In this document: positions 63,314-64,000 of the stretch, piece by piece
How positions within the stretch are numbered: the stretch's first letter is position 1
Layout of the letters: the number at the start of each line of letters is the position of its first letter
Source: Mobula hypostoma
Lineage: Eukaryota
Direction: 5' to 3'
Assembly (NCBI RefSeq): GCF_963921235.1
Contig: NC_086108.1
Span: forward strand, 78,122,001-78,186,000
DNA length: 64,000 nucleotides
Position numbers and translations under genes: made by a program
The notes under the pieces: generated by a model
The model's database searches: none
Told to the model about the DNA's origin: nothing
Seen by the model: the letters and a program-made list of their open reading frames with translations, nothing else

Positions 63314-63505
63314 TAGGTAGCAGGCTGGGTTTTGGCACAAAGGAAATGGCAGTGAGTTAGACTGGTTTGAGGCCTCCACCCACATAGTTTCAGAACTCTT
63401 GGCCTTTGACCTTGTATACTAATAGGTTGGAGAGGTGCCTATTCTGGATTTCAGAAAAGAGATTAGTTGGGGTGGTGTGCCTTGGAGACATTCAAGAGGG
63501 AGAGA

Positions 63506-64000
63506 AATAAAATCAAATCAAGTCACTTTTTATTGTCATTTTGACCATAAGCTGCTGGTACAGTACACAGTAAAAATGAAACAATGTTCCTCCAAGACCA
63601 TGGTGCTACATGAAACAACACAAAATTACACTGGACAAAGTGAAACAGCACAAGGCTACACTAGACTACATAAAACATCACAAAAACTACACTAGACTAT
63701 AGACCTGCACAGGACTACATAAAGTGCACAAAACTGTGCAGGGCAGTACAATAAATCATAAACAAGACCATAGGCACAGCAGAGGACAAATTACGATATA
63801 ATAATGAATGATGTCAGTCTAGACTTTGGGTATTAAGGAGTTTAATGGCTTGGGGAAAGAAACTGTTGCAGTCTGGTTGTGACAACCTGAATGCTTTGGT
63901 ACCTTTTGCCAGATGGCAGGAGGGAGAAGAGTTTGTATGAGGGGTGTGTGGGGTCCTTCATAATGCTGTTGGCTTTACGGGTGCACCGTGTGGCGTAAAT
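63506..64000 (-). mobile_element. Rex1/Babar LINE 3' end, runs off the window end
   Basis: IMKDPTHPSYKLFSLLPSGKRYQS on minus; tail aaatcaaatcaag; short actacactagactaca repeats in the UTR. Confidence 0.8.

Noticed and set aside
1..64000. Most short ORFs in the six-frame track as host or novel genes
   Set aside because: They are broken frames or antisense shadows of transposon sequence, or chance ORFs in AT-rich DNA; I see no coherent exon chain

Overview
Eukaryotic, repeat-dense vertebrate DNA, probably intronic or intergenic. The mix of CR1, Penelope, Rex/Babar, RTE and Deu-SINE-like repeats suggests a cartilaginous fish, possibly a ray (inference). I recognise no intact host exon, rRNA, tRNA or CRISPR array, and nearly all ORFs in the track are transposon fragments or their shadows. 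The window holds many CR1 LINEs of different ages, one with an unbroken 478-codon RT ORF. It also holds L2, Rex/Babar, RTE, Nimb/I-type and R4/Dong LINE fragments, Gypsy pol remnants and solo LTRs, a full-length DD34E Tc1, a Tigger-like element and two hAT-like MITE families. Penelope-like copies carry minimal hammerhead ribozyme motifs. The only host-gene-derived sequence I recognise is a degraded intronless RBM25 fragment fused to a CR1-type 3' tail. The most interesting observations are that chimeric retrocopy, the hammerhead-bearing Penelope mini-elements with long TSDs, a MITE with 6-bp TSDs, a 71-bp locally templated inverted insertion and a possible 5'-inverted RTE. Family names come from motif recognition, not database searches, and boundaries of old repeats are approximate. 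I cannot show from sequence alone that any of this is a wholly new system.
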